Source: Escherichia phage EO1
Length of the DNA stretch: 64,000 nt
Strand: one strand, 5' to 3'
Sequence record: OQ223305.1
In this document: piece by piece, positions 18,581 to 28,123 of the stretch
Numbering within the stretch: the first letter of the stretch is position 1
Layout: each line of letters opens with the position of its first letter
Notes under the pieces: model-generated
Told to the model about the DNA's origin: nothing
Databases searched by the model: none
The model's input: only the letters and a program-made list of their open reading frames with translations
Program-made: the position numbers and the translations under genes

Positions 18581-19519
18581 ATGTACAATATTAAATGCCT
18601 GACCAAAAACGAACAAGCTGAAATTGTTAAACTGTATTCAAGCGGTAATTATACTCAGCAGGAATTGGCTGATTGGCAAGGTGTATCAGTTGATACAATC
18701 CGTCGTGTTTTGAAAAATGCTGAAGAAGCTAAACGCTCTAAAGTTACTATTAGCGGTGATATTACAGTTAAAGTTAATAGCGATGCAGTTATTGCTCCAG
18801 TTACTAAATCTGACATTATTTGGAATGCATCTAAAAAATTCATTTCGATTACTGTCGATGGTGTAACTTATAATGCAACACCTAATACTCATTCAAACTT
18901 TCAGGAAATTCTCAATCTGCTTGTAGCGGATAAGCTGGAAGAAGCGGCACAAAAAATTAATGTTCGTCGCGCTGTTGAAAAATATATTTCCGGCGATGTT
19001 CGAATTGAAGGTGGAAGCTTATTCTATCAAAATATTGAATTGCGGTCTGGTTTGGTTGATCGTATTCTTGATTCGATGGAAAAAGGCGAAAACTTTGAAT
19101 TTTATTTTCCGTTCTTGGAAAATCTGCTGGAAAACCCAAGCCAGAAAGCGGTATCTCGACTTTTTGATTTCTTGGTAGCAAACGATATTGAAATCACCGA
19201 AGATGGTTACTTCTATGCTTGGAAAGTAGTTCGTGACAACTACTTTGACTGTCACTCAAACACCTTTGATAACAGTCCGGGTAAAGTAGTTAAAATGCCG
19301 CGTACTCGTGTGAATGACGATGATACACAAACTTGTTCTCGTGGTCTGCATGTGTGTTCTAAATCTTATATTCGTCATTTTGGCAGTTCAACCAGCCGAG
19401 TTGTAAAAGTTAAAGTTCATCCTCGCGATGTAGTATCAATTCCGATTGATTACAACGACGCTAAAATGCGTACCTGCCAATACGAAGTAGTTGAAGACGT
19501 TACTGAACAATTTAAATAA
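18581..19519 (+). CDS. rIIB: rIIB protein
   Basis: 312 aa; immediately downstream of rIIA. Confidence 0.9.
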   Translation: MYNIKCLTKNEQAEIVKLYSSGNYTQQELADWQGVSVDTIRRVLKNAEEAKRSKVTISGDITVKVNSDAVIAPVTKSDIIWNASKKFISITVDGVTYNATPNTHSNFQEILNLLVADKLEEAAQKINVRRAVEKYISGDVRIEGGSLFYQNIELRSGLVDRILDSMEKGENFEFYFPFLENLLENPSQKAVSRLFDFLVANDIEITEDGYFYAWKVVRDNYFDCHSNTFDNSPGKVVKMPRTRVNDDDTQTCSRGLHVCSKSYIRHFGSSTSRVVKVKVHPRDVVSIPIDYNDAKMRTCQYEVVEDVTEQFK

Positions 19520-19537
19520 GGGCTTCGGCCCTTAACT
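19520..19537 (+). terminator. hairpin, weak terminator
   Basis: GGGCTTCGGCCC hairpin; short T tract. Confidence 0.4.
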
Positions 19538-19547
19538 AAGGAAAATT

Positions 19548-19742
19548 ATGTTAGGTTATCAAGCACGAGTAAAAGAAGAATACGATCAATTAATGCTCAA
19601 AATTAATGCACTGAGTAAATTTTTAGAAAGCGCAAAGTTTCTAACGGTTAGTGCAGTTGAGCAAGAACTGTTACTTTCGCAGTTTATCTCAATGAAATCT
19701 TATGCTGAGTGTCTAGAGAAAAGAATTGCGCAATTCAAATAA
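19548..19742 (+). CDS. hypothetical protein, 64 aa
   Basis: ORF in track; AAGGAAAA RBS; bracketed by two hairpins. Confidence 0.5.
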   Translation: MLGYQARVKEEYDQLMLKINALSKFLESAKFLTVSAVEQELLLSQFISMKSYAECLEKRIAQFK

Positions 19743-19747
19743 AATAA

Positions 19748-19768
19748 GGGCTTCGGCCCTTTTGTTTT
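19748..19768 (+). terminator. rho-independent terminator
   Basis: GGGCTTCGGCCC followed by TTTTGTTTT. Confidence 0.7.
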
Positions 19769-19824
19769 AAGAGAAATTATGATTTATATGAATATCAGTG
19801 ATTCCGACATAAAGGAAAGTTTAA

Positions 19825-20382
19825 ATGCAGAAAACGAATCCGGGGCTACAGAGACTATTTCAGATTCCGACATTTACCCTATCGAACAGTGACTTGACTA
19901 GTGAAATGAAAGTCAAAATTGCTGATACAGCAAGATACTCTTTAAAACAAAACCCGAACCAGGATAAGGCAGAAGTTATCGAAAGATGCCGTATCGCTGT
20001 GTACGCAGAGTTTTTTGTAGCAGATTGGTTAAGCGGGTATGTTAATAAAGGTCAAGAAGATGTCGATGATCCGTACACATATGCATGGGATGTATTGGCG
20101 CATCCAAAATACTGTGGGCTTCGTGTAGAAGTCAAAACACATCAAACTGACTCACGATGGATTTCGGTAACAACCGGATGCAGCGGAGAGTATCCATACG
20201 GTTCTGGAATAAATCTAGGGCCCATTCTGAATCACCAAGTCGCTGACTGTATAATTATATTCAACACTAAAGAAATTCACCCAGGTGTCATCCAGTACAC
20301 TCCGAAATTCATCGGTGATAGAGAAGACCTTCGTAAGGTTGTAAGAAAAAGCAACTACAACGGATGGTATCTTTCCATTTAA
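19825..20382 (+). CDS. denB: endonuclease IV (DenB)-like
   Basis: 185 aa, same length and position (after rIIB) as T4 DenB. Confidence 0.7.
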   Translation: MQKTNPGLQRLFQIPTFTLSNSDLTSEMKVKIADTARYSLKQNPNQDKAEVIERCRIAVYAEFFVADWLSGYVNKGQEDVDDPYTYAWDVLAHPKYCGLRVEVKTHQTDSRWISVTTGCSGEYPYGSGINLGPILNHQVADCIIIFNTKEIHPGVIQYTPKFIGDREDLRKVVRKSNYNGWYLSI

Positions 20383-20397
20383 AAATTTCACAAAACA

Positions 20398-20428
20398 GTT
20401 TACATACCACAAGGACCGTGGTACTATA
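20398..20428 (+). promoter_or_regulatory. T4-type early promoter with conserved leader cassette
   Basis: GTTTAC 20398-20403; GTGGTACTATACAACTATCAACTACTGATACAG leader; drives only an 8-codon ORF (20465-20491). Confidence 0.55.
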
Positions 20429-20676
20429 CAACTATCAACTACTGATACAGATTTGGAGAATAAAATGAAAATCGCTGAGATTGAACTATGAGTTCATTAT
20501 GGTGGTGTTTTGTTTGGTTAATTAGTATTCCAGTAATTTGTTTAACATTTACTTTTGTGATGAGGTTATTATGAAAATTTTGAATTCTGTACTTATTGCT
20601 TGTGCGTGGTGGGTTGCGCAAGTTTCAGCAGTAGTAGTTGGTATTCACATTTATTACGAATATTTTTAAAAAAGTT

Positions 20677-20706
20677 GTTTACAAGACTGTTCCTCTGTGG
20701 TATTAT
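20677..20706 (+). promoter_or_regulatory. T4-type early promoter
   Basis: GTTTAC 20677-20682, 18-bp spacer, TATTAT 20701-20706; leader CCCTATCAACT shared with 41771. Confidence 0.55.
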
Positions 20707-20734
20707 TACCCTATCAACTACGGAGGAACAGAAA

Positions 20735-20848
20735 ATGAAAAAGATTGTTAAAGCTATATGGAATGTAGTTATAATACTAGTAGTTTTGAGTATATTCCCA
20801 ATCGTTTTAATGATTGATGTATTAAACGTTTACTTTGGATTTATGTGA
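20735..20848 (+). CDS. small hydrophobic peptide, 37 aa
   Basis: MKKIVKAIWNVVIILVVLSIFPIVLMIDVL; GGAGG RBS. Confidence 0.4.
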   Translation: MKKIVKAIWNVVIILVVLSIFPIVLMIDVLNVYFGFM

Positions 20849-20855
20849 GGAAAAT

Positions 20856-21053
20856 ATGAAGCGTAAACGCAGTGCTTTTACATTTATTGAATGGTTTTTC
20901 GATAATATTTTTCCGGCTTTATTCATTTTCATGCTGATTTTTGCCTTAGGTTCAGTTGTAGTTGGAATCTATTTGATGGCAGTAGTCGGAATGGATATTC
21001 ATCAAAATGGTTTAAAATCCGCGGTTGAAACAATTTGGAATGGTGTAAAATAA
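20856..21053 (+). CDS. small membrane protein, 65 aa
   Basis: ORF in track; ATG 20856 with GAGGA RBS; hydrophobic core ALFIFMLIFALGSVVVGIYLMAVVG. Confidence 0.45.
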   Translation: MKRKRSAFTFIEWFFDNIFPALFIFMLIFALGSVVVGIYLMAVVGMDIHQNGLKSAVETIWNGVK

Positions 21054-21156
21054 GCATTTGGTTTTATATTCTTATGTTTTACATTGGTGCAAATTTTCCA
21101 TATTGGATGGGATGGTCAACAACTGCATTTGGATTTTATACTCCTTGAGGTGAATT

Positions 21157-21372
21157 ATGAAAAGTTTTAAAGATGTAAAAGTTGGTGAAATTTTCTGTTT
21201 AGATAACGGTGATCAGTTAATTCGTATTTCACCTCTTAAGAGCACTAGCGAGAAACCGACAGTTAATGCTACTTTAGCAAATAACAGTAATGAACGTTTC
21301 TGTATTGAAAATGATACTGAAACTTATACCGTAGAAGAGTTTTGGGAATTGAGCGTCGACTGCGACGATTAA
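21157..21372 (+). CDS. hypothetical protein, 71 aa
   Basis: ORF in track. Confidence 0.5.
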   Translation: MKSFKDVKVGEIFCLDNGDQLIRISPLKSTSEKPTVNATLANNSNERFCIENDTETYTVEEFWELSVDCDD

Positions 21373-21432
21373 TTTAATGGCTGCGTGTATTCATGCGGCC
21401 TTGGAGTAGAAAATAATTTAGAGGAAATTAAT

Positions 21433-21891
21433 ATGAAATATATGACTGTTACTGATCTGAATAATGCAGGCGCTACTGTTATTGGTACAATCAAGGGCGG
21501 TGAGTGGTTTTTGGGAACTCCACATAAAGACATTTTATCTAAACCTGGATTTTACTTTTTAGTGAGCAAATTAGATGGTCGTCCATTTAGTAATCCATGT
21601 GTGTCTGCACGATTTTATGTAGGTAATCAACGTTCTAAGCAAGGATTCAGCGCAGTTCTAAGTCATATTCGTCAACGTCGGTCTCAGCTTGCACGTACTA
21701 TTGCAAATAACAATGTTCCATACACAGTATTTTATCTGCCTGCTTCTAAGATGAAACCTCTGACGACGGGATTTGGAAAAGGACAGTTAGCTTTAGCGTT
21801 TACTCGTAATCATCATTCCGAGTATCAAACACTTGAAGAAATGAATCGTATGTTGGCTGATAACTTTAAATTCGTTTTGCAGGCATATTAA
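21433..21891 (+). CDS. ndd: nucleoid disruption protein Ndd
   Basis: 152 aa from ATG 21433; [33 protein letters not shown] recognised as T4 Ndd. Confidence 0.85.
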
Positions 21892-21950
21892 TGAGTAATT
21901 TCCACAACGAACATGTGATGCAGTTCTATCGCAACAATCTTAAAACTAAA

Positions 21951-21966
21951 GGCGTCTTCGGACGCC
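21951..21966 (+). other. GC hairpin without T tract
   Basis: GGCGTC-TTCG-GACGCC between ndd and ac. Confidence 0.4.
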
Positions 21967-21978
21967 AGTGAGGAAAAT

Positions 21979-22137
21979 ATGAATATCGCAAAATTATTAG
22001 GAGTTATTTCATTTATTTGTTGGATAGTAGCATGTGTTTTAACTATCTGTATCGATGCTAGCAGTGTGTTTTCACAAGCTTTAGCCCAGGGTATGTGTGC
22101 ATATTTAACATTTGTGTTGTTATCTACTAATGATTAA
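21979..22137 (+). CDS. ac: small membrane protein, 52 aa (ac position)
   Basis: hand-translated MNIAKLLGVISFICWIVACVLTIC...; GAGGAAAA RBS; between ndd and 52 as T4 ac. Confidence 0.5.
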   Translation: MNIAKLLGVISFICWIVACVLTICIDASSVFSQALAQGMCAYLTFVLLSTND

Positions 22138-22274
22138 GAAAATCTTGGGCTATTCACTAGCCCTTGCTATTTTATTGATAGCATTATATTATGGAGTAAT
22201 GTTCGGATTAATTCAAGTCGTGCTTTTCATTTCTGATGTTATTATGGCACTACATTCACTAGTATGGTAAATTT

Positions 22275-23603
22275 ATGCAACTGAATAATCGCGATTTAAA
22301 AAGTATCATTGATAATGAAGCATTGGCTTATGCTATGTACACGGTTGAAAATCGTGCCATTCCAAATATGATTGATGGATTTAAGCCAGTTCAACGATTT
22401 GTTATTGCTCGAGCTCTTGATTTGGCACGAGGAAATAAAGATAAGTTTCACAAACTCGCTTCTATCGCAGGTGGTGTAGCGGACCTTGGATATCATCATG
22501 GTGAAAACTCTGCACAAGACGCAGGTGCTTTGATGGCTAACACTTGGAATAATAACTTTCCTCTGTTAGATGGTCAAGGAAACTTTGGTTCTCGTACCGT
22601 CCAAAAAGCAGCAGCAAGTCGTTATATTTTTGCTCGTGTAAGTAAAAATTTCTATAACGTATATAAAGATACTGAATATGCTCCGGTACATCAAGATAAA
22701 GAACACATTCCGCCTGCTTTCTATTTGCCTATTATTCCTACTGTTCTTCTTAATGGTGTTTCCGGTATTGCAACTGGTTATGCAACTTACATTCTTCCTC
22801 ATAGTGTTTCTTCTGTCAAGAAAGCTGTATTACAAGCTCTTCAAGGAAAGAAAGTAACTAAACCGAAGGTAGAATTCCCAGAATTTCGTGGTGAAGTCGT
22901 TGAAATTGACGGGCAATATGAAATTCGTGGAACATATAAGTTTACTTCACGAACTCAAATGCATATCACTGAGATTCCGTATAAGTATGATCGTGAAACT
23001 TATGTGAGTAAAATCTTAGACCCACTTGAAGATAAAGGCTTCATTACATGGGATGATGCTTGTGGTGAGCATGGTTTTGGCTTTAAAGTTAAATTCCGTA
23101 AAGAATATTCTTTGAGCGATAATGAAGAAGAACGTCATGCAAAAATTATGAAAGACTTCGGGTTGATTGAGCGTCGTTCCCAGAATATTACCGTTATTAA
23201 TGAGAAAGGAAAACTACAAGTTTACGATAACGTAGTTGATTTAATCAAAGACTTCGTCGAAGTTCGTAAAACTTATGTCCAAAAACGAATTGATAATAAA
23301 ATTAAAGAAACTGAGTCAGCTTTTCGTTTAGCTTTTGCCAAGGCACATTTCATTAAGAAAGTAATTTCAGGTGAAATCGTTGTGCAGGGTAAAACTCGTA
23401 AAGAACTGACCGAAGAACTTTCTAAAATTGATATGTATTCTTCTTATGTTGATAAACTAGTTGGAATGAATATTTTTCATATGACTTCCGACGAAGCAAA
23501 GAAACTTGCTGAAGAAGCTAAAGCTAAAAAAGAAGAAAACGAATATTGGAAAACTACTGATGTAGTTACAGAATACACCAAAGATTTAGAGGAAATCAAA
23601 TGA
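22275..23603 (+). CDS. 52: DNA topoisomerase II medium subunit gp52 (GyrA-like)
   Basis: 442 aa; N-terminus MQLNNRDLKSIIDNEALAYAMYTVENRAIPNMIDGFKPVQRFVI. Confidence 0.9.
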   Translation: MQLNNRDLKSIIDNEALAYAMYTVENRAIPNMIDGFKPVQRFVIARALDLARGNKDKFHKLASIAGGVADLGYHHGENSAQDAGALMANTWNNNFPLLDGQGNFGSRTVQKAAASRYIFARVSKNFYNVYKDTEYAPVHQDKEHIPPAFYLPIIPTVLLNGVSGIATGYATYILPHSVSSVKKAVLQALQGKKVTKPKVEFPEFRGEVVEIDGQYEIRGTYKFTSRTQMHITEIPYKYDRETYVSKILDPLEDKGFITWDDACGEHGFGFKVKFRKEYSLSDNEEERHAKIMKDFGLIERRSQNITVINEKGKLQVYDNVVDLIKDFVEVRKTYVQKRIDNKIKETESAFRLAFAKAHFIKKVISGEIVVQGKTRKELTEELSKIDMYSSYVDKLVGMNIFHMTSDEAKKLAEEAKAKKEENEYWKTTDVVTEYTKDLEEIK

Positions 23604-23749
23604 GTCCATTCATAGGTATTACAAGCGCAGCGCTAGTATCTGGAGGTGTTTTGCTAGCTGGTCTAGGTGTTGTTCCAGCCGTAGCAGGAGGTCTTCTTGC
23701 GTTCGGCATTCAACGTGTTATCATGACAGTTATCACAGTCATGCAGTAA
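23600..23749 (+). CDS. small membrane protein, 49 aa
   Basis: hand-translated MSPFIGITSAALVSGGVLLAGLGVVPAVAGG...; ATGA overlap with gene 52 stop. Confidence 0.4.
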   Translation: MSPFIGITSAALVSGGVLLAGLGVVPAVAGGLLAFGIQRVIMTVITVMQ

Positions 23750-23754
23750 TTTTA

Positions 23755-23780
23755 GGGAGAGCCGAGGCTCTCCCTTTTTT
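23755..23780 (+). terminator. rho-independent terminator
   Basis: GGGAGAGC-CGAG-GCTCTCCC followed by TTTTTT. Confidence 0.8.
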
Positions 23781-23806
23781 ATTTCAAAAATTTTTTTCAC
23801 AAAAAG

Positions 23807-23836
23807 GTTTACAACCAAAGCATACTGTGGTACTAT
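23807..23836 (+). promoter_or_regulatory. T4-type early promoter with conserved leader cassette (motA)
   Basis: GTTTAC 23807-23812, 18-bp spacer, TACTAT; leader identical to 20419-20450. Confidence 0.6.
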
Positions 23837-23877
23837 ACAACTATCAACTACTGATACAGAATTACGGAGATTAGAAA

Positions 23878-24513
23878 ATGTCTAAAGTAACTTACATCAT
23901 CAAAGCTTCTAACGATGTTCTGAATGAAAAAACTGCTGCGATTTTAATTACTATTGCTAAGAAAGATTTCATTACAGCCGCAGAAGTTCGTGAGGTGCAT
24001 CCAGATTTAGGTAACGCAGTAGTTAATAGTAATATTGGGGTATTGATTAAAAAAGGCCTGGTGGAGAAATCTGGTGATGGATTAATCATTACTGGTGAAG
24101 CTCAGGATATTATTTCAAATGCAGCAACTTTATATGCACAGGAAAATGCTCCGGAACTGCTGAAAAAACGAGCAACTCGTAAAGCTCGCGAGATTACTTC
24201 CGATATGGAAGAAGATAAAGACCTCATGTTAAAACTTTTAGATGAAAATGGATTTGTTCTTAAAAAGGTTGAAACTTATCGTAGTAATTATCTTGCTATT
24301 TTAGAAAAACGCACTTACGGAATTCGCAATTTTGAAATTAACAACAATGGAAACATGCGAATTTTTGGATACAAAATGATGGAACATCATATTCAGAAAT
24401 TTACTGATATCGGAATGTCTTGTAAAATCGCTAAAAACGGTAATGTGTATCTTGACATTAAACGTTCGGCAGAAAACATTGAAGCAGTAATCACTGTAGC
24501 ATCTGAACTGTGA
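23878..24513 (+). CDS. motA: middle-transcription activator MotA
   Basis: 211 aa; N-terminus MSKVTYIIKASNDVLNEKTAAILITIAKKDFITAAEV recognised as T4 MotA. Confidence 0.88.
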   Translation: MSKVTYIIKASNDVLNEKTAAILITIAKKDFITAAEVREVHPDLGNAVVNSNIGVLIKKGLVEKSGDGLIITGEAQDIISNAATLYAQENAPELLKKRATRKAREITSDMEEDKDLMLKLLDENGFVLKKVETYRSNYLAILEKRTYGIRNFEINNNGNMRIFGYKMMEHHIQKFTDIGMSCKIAKNGNVYLDIKRSAENIEAVITVASEL

Positions 24514-24523
24514 GGAATAAATA

Positions 24524-24853
24524 ATGAACAAGTTAGAAATTGTTAATGAACTTCGTCGTTGCGCAGAACCCACTCAAGAGGGTTGGGACATCTGGTATCA
24601 TGGAGCTTATCTTGGAACTATTGTAAAGATTAAGACTGGTAAATACATGATTATTCGTGAAAGTAAAGATGCTCCAGTAGGTATTCGCAATAATTTTATG
24701 GCAGCGATAAGTTCATTTACGGATGCAGCTTACGAAATTTACCTTGCTGATTATAAAGAATTCCAGGAATCTCAACCAGTTATTCGTTCAATTGGTGTTA
24801 ACAAAGCTCAACAGAAAACGTTGTGGCAGCGTATTAAAGGATGGTTTAAATGA
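24524..24853 (+). CDS. hypothetical protein, 109 aa
   Basis: ORF in track. Confidence 0.55.
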   Translation: MNKLEIVNELRRCAEPTQEGWDIWYHGAYLGTIVKIKTGKYMIIRESKDAPVGIRNNFMAAISSFTDAAYEIYLADYKEFQESQPVIRSIGVNKAQQKTLWQRIKGWFK

Positions 24854-25311
24854 AAACTTTTAAAGAACGTTTAGCTCTGTTAGATAAAGCTTTGTTACGT
24901 GAGACTCCGGAAAGTCTGGCTGCTAAATTAGCTTCTTACGGCGGTGAATATACAAAACAAAATGTTTTAGATGAAGTTCCTGAAATCTGTTGGCAGACTG
25001 CATATTGGGATGAAAATCAAAAGTATCAACGACGAATTGTCTGTGCAGCCAACCGTTTTAAATTAAAAGATGGACGAACTCTTATTATTCCAGGTGCTCG
25101 TCATTATTCTAAAGATATGGCAGAAGTTTTAGATGTAGTTAAACCTCAATTAGTTACTCAACAAGTTTGTGATGATGACCAAGGGTTTATTGACCAATAT
25201 AGTAATTATTGGACACGTGAAGAAGCAATGATTATTGCAACTTACGCTGGACAAGTACGTATTGAACGTGGTGGTAGTGAAAAAGAACTTTACTCTGAGG
25301 ACCTTTACTAA
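24850..25311 (+). CDS. hypothetical protein, 153 aa
   Basis: ORF in track; ATGA overlap. Confidence 0.55.
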   Translation: MKTFKERLALLDKALLRETPESLAAKLASYGGEYTKQNVLDEVPEICWQTAYWDENQKYQRRIVCAANRFKLKDGRTLIIPGARHYSKDMAEVLDVVKPQLVTQQVCDDDQGFIDQYSNYWTREEAMIIATYAGQVRIERGGSEKELYSEDLY

Positions 25312-25607
25312 TGAATATTAAAAAGTTTCAAATCGATGGAATTATGAATCAAATCCAGGCGTTGGAATATGCCAATAAAATGATGTCAACTAATTGGGGA
25401 ATTTATACCAATGAGCCGGCATTTAAATTTTGTGATATGGAATTTGCCAAAAAGCTTGTAGGAAAAGATTATGTATGTCCATTTAGTTTTCCAGTAAATG
25501 GAATGCTAAAACCTGCTTTACGCGATCTTTATATTGCGATGAACGAAGAAATGATAAAAGAATTAAAACGTCAACTGAAGGTGATTCAATTTGGCCAGGG
25601 AAATTAA
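25311..25607 (+). CDS. hypothetical protein, 98 aa
   Basis: ORF in track. Confidence 0.55.
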   Translation: MNIKKFQIDGIMNQIQALEYANKMMSTNWGIYTNEPAFKFCDMEFAKKLVGKDYVCPFSFPVNGMLKPALRDLYIAMNEEMIKELKRQLKVIQFGQGN

Positions 25608-25892
25608 TTCAAAATCTGATTATTTTAATTCTCTCAATGATAAAGATAAAAATCTAATACGGCATTTTATTGTTGAGATGGGATATACCGATACACGCGA
25701 TTTAAGAGAACATATATTTGAATGTGGTGTAGCTAAAAAGTTTTCATTCACATGCAAATGTTTGAGAGAGGTAATTCAGCACTATGAACAATTTAGTCGC
25801 AAAACATAATTTTAATAAAGCTTCTGTTCATAAAGATAAGAAGAAAGCGTTTAAAGAATCTAATCGCAAACAGAAACATAAGGGGAAGGTCT

Positions 25893-26171
25893 ATGATTAT
25901 TGATTCTCAGTCCGTGGTTCAATACACAATCAAAATTGATATTCTAGAAAAGCTATATAAGTTTCTACCAAATTTATACCACTCAATTGTTAATGAATTA
26001 GTTGAAGAACTACATCTCGAGAATAATGATTTCTTGATTGGAACTTATAAAGACCTCTCAAAAGCAGGATATTTTTACGTAATTCCAGCTCCAGGAAAAA
26101 GTATTGATGATGTATTAAAAACTATAATGATTTATGTCCATGATTATGAAATTGAAGATTATTTCGAATGA
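25893..26171 (+). CDS. arn: Arn-like anti-restriction (anti-McrBC) DNA-mimic protein
   Basis: 92 aa, acidic; between motA and asiA as T4 arn. Confidence 0.6.
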   Translation: MIIDSQSVVQYTIKIDILEKLYKFLPNLYHSIVNELVEELHLENNDFLIGTYKDLSKAGYFYVIPAPGKSIDDVLKTIMIYVHDYEIEDYFE

Positions 26172-26320
26172 GTCATAATCTTGAAAAAGTAATCGAGCAT
26201 AATGTAGCTCAGGAACGTGAGTCGTTCAAGGAATTCGTAGAAAAAATTTTTCAAGAAAATAACACAGACCAGTTTACAAAACAAACGTCTGATGATATTA
26301 TAACAAAGTCAACTAATTGA
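26168..26320 (+). CDS. small hypothetical protein, 50 aa
   Basis: hand-translated MSHNLEKVIEHNVAQERESFKEF...; ATGA overlap with arn stop. Confidence 0.35.
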   Translation: MSHNLEKVIEHNVAQERESFKEFVEKIFQENNTDQFTKQTSDDIITKSTN

Positions 26321-26332
26321 GTGGTATAGTTA

Positions 26333-26605
26333 ATGAATAAAAATATTGATACAGTTCGTGAAATTATTACCGTTGCGTCTATTTTGATTAAATTTTCCAG
26401 AGAAGATATTGTTGAAAATCGTGCTAATTTTATTGCATTTCTGAATGAGATTGGAGTAACGCATGAAGGTAGAAAATTAAATCAGAATTCATTCCGTAAA
26501 ATTGTTTCTGAATTAACTCAAGAAGATAAGAAAACCCTCATCGACGAATTCAACGAGGGTTTTGAGGGTGTATATCGATATCTAGAGATGTATACGAACA
26601 AATAA
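26333..26605 (+). CDS. asiA: anti-sigma-70 factor AsiA
   Basis: 90 aa; MNKNIDTVREIITVASILIKFSREDIVENRANFIAFLNEIG recognised as T4 AsiA. Confidence 0.88.
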   Translation: MNKNIDTVREIITVASILIKFSREDIVENRANFIAFLNEIGVTHEGRKLNQNSFRKIVSELTQEDKKTLIDEFNEGFEGVYRYLEMYTNK

Positions 26606-27262
26606 TTATTTAGCCCTTCCTAATATTCTGGCCGCCTGAGCACATATTGATTCAAGGCGGTCATTACTTATATGATCATTTCTATACCAGTACATAGTTA
26701 TCGTTCCAGCATAGATATTATCCAAATTAAAATATGGACAACTGTACATGTAGTTTATTTCGGGAGTAGGCTTTTTAGTTGGTAAAAAAGCAAATTTTGA
26801 GTTGGAATAATAATGACGTCCATTTAAATGAACTGTATATTCATCCATAGTTTTATCAACAGGATATCCTCCAAGTGATTTTTCACTTATTGTTGAAGGT
26901 AATTTTCCTTCATATGCTATAATATCAACAAAATAGTTTAAGTTTTTAGGGCGGAAAGAATACACCGCACTAAAGTCTGCCTCAGATGATATATGAACTA
27001 TCTGGAGTTGTTCCAGGGCGACAGATTCAAAGCGTGCATTTCTTTCCTTTTCAATAATTTCACTGTATGTTTCATACTTTGATTGCTTATAGTACTCAAA
27101 GAAACTATCTCCCCTATACCAAACAATCGCCATTATAAACAAAAGAATTACGACAGCTACCCGGGAAGCAAGAACATTCCCGGTAGCGTTATCTTTGAAC
27201 AAGCGATCTAGAACACCCAACAGAATATCAGAGGGCGAAAATGATATTCTAGGTACTGCCAT
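26606..27262 (-). CDS. t: holin T
   Basis: 218 aa; single N-terminal TM segment plus large periplasmic domain; adjacent to tail-fibre genes as in T4. Confidence 0.85.
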   Translation of the reverse strand: MAVPRISFSPSDILLGVLDRLFKDNATGNVLASRVAVVILLFIMAIVWYRGDSFFEYYKQSKYETYSEIIEKERNARFESVALEQLQIVHISSEADFSAVYSFRPKNLNYFVDIIAYEGKLPSTISEKSLGGYPVDKTMDEYTVHLNGRHYYSNSKFAFLPTKKPTPEINYMYSCPYFNLDNIYAGTITMYWYRNDHISNDRLESICAQAARILGRAK

Positions 27263-27280
27263 AGACCCTCCTTTTAAGGA

Positions 27281-27288
27281 TATTTATA
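27281..27288 (-). promoter_or_regulatory. T4 late promoter (TATAAATA) for t
   Basis: minus strand reads CATATAAATATCC, then AAGGAGG RBS and t start. Confidence 0.6.
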
Positions 27289-27307
27289 TGCTGAGAGGTA
27301 TTACCAT

Positions 27308-28087
27308 TTAAATCCAGGAACCGTAGATCGTGCCTGTTGCACCCCATGATGGTGAAGAACCAAATACCGCTCTACCTGGAGCACCACCGCCGGATCTAGA
27401 TAAGTGATTACCCCATCCATCTCCACCCCGACCTCCAGCATCACCGCCATTGCCTCCGCCGAATTGGGAAGTGTAACCGGCACCGCCCGGGGCGTCATAA
27501 CTAGCATTACCACCCGGCCAATTAACGCCGCCTCCGCCGATGCCAAATGGTCTACCACCACCGCCACCTGCTGTAGCATTTGGCGCCCAGCTATTCTGTA
27601 ATGACACTGCACCACCACCACCGCCGCCTGATGCAATAACGCCATAGTTCCAAATACGAAGTCTTCCGCCGATATCATTTTGGATTACATCGCCGCCATT
27701 TGTGCCTGGGTTTCCGTTTACAGTACCGTTACCACCTCGTCCCCACATATGAACTCCACCATGAATATTCAAAGTAACATATTCATTTGGCGTATCGCCA
27801 TACATAAAGAATAATGGAACATCTTTACTATATGATACCAAATTTCCGGTGATATTAAACACTATAGGTGCACTACCTGCCTCAAAACATCTATCTCGGA
27901 ACCATTGACCATTGAAGTTATGGTCTGCTCCAAGCGTGTGAATAATTTCTCGTGAGCGACCTGCAAATTGACTCATCCAGCAAGGAACACCCAATCTTAA
28001 TTGACCAGCCGCTTGACTCATCCAGCGCTGTCCAGTTTCATTTGCGGCTGAACTTCCAATCCAACCAGGAACACTAACTACTGCCAT
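27308..28087 (-). CDS. 38: gp38 receptor-recognising adhesin, T2-type (glycine-rich motifs)
   Basis: 259 aa; Gly runs [37 protein letters not shown] separated by variable segments. Confidence 0.85.
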   Translation of the reverse strand: MAVVSVPGWIGSSAANETGQRWMSQAAGQLRLGVPCWMSQFAGRSREIIHTLGADHNFNGQWFRDRCFEAGSAPIVFNITGNLVSYSKDVPLFFMYGDTPNEYVTLNIHGGVHMWGRGGNGTVNGNPGTNGGDVIQNDIGGRLRIWNYGVIASGGGGGGAVSLQNSWAPNATAGGGGGRPFGIGGGGVNWPGGNASYDAPGGAGYTSQFGGGNGGDAGGRGGDGWGNHLSRSGGGAPGRAVFGSSPSWGATGTIYGSWI

Positions 28088-28102
28088 AATTTATACTCCA
28101 AA

Positions 28103-28117
28103 GGGGGCGTTGCCCCC
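28103..28117 (-). other. GC hairpin between genes 37 and 38
   Basis: GGGGGC-GTT-GCCCCC; on the minus strand followed by GGAG and gene 38 ATG. Confidence 0.4.
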
Positions 28118-28123
28118 TTGTTG

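Noticed and set aside
1359-19255. Antisense or alternative-frame ORFs inside gene 61, dda, gene 39, rIIA and rIIB (for example 1359-1664, 8359-8583, 14340-15601, 16343-16546, 18655-19255)
   Set aside because: Embedded in genes with strong motif support; typical spurious frames in AT-rich sequence.
25591-25903. ORF 25591-25809 and a Lys-rich 39-codon ORF at 25784-25903
   Set aside because: The first has no ATG near its start (TTG only) and the second overlaps the arn start in another frame; neither has clear translation signals.
27301-28087. Track ORFs 27301-27678 (-) and 27404-27601 (+) inside gene 38
   Set aside because: They lie in alternative frames of the Gly-rich (GGN-repeat) region of gp38, which keeps several frames open; the gp38 frame is the only one with a coherent protein.
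28088-28102. TATAAATT just upstream of gene 38 as a late promoter
   Set aside because: One mismatch to TATAAATA and only ~10 nt from the start codon, overlapping the RBS; more likely ordinary AT-rich leader.
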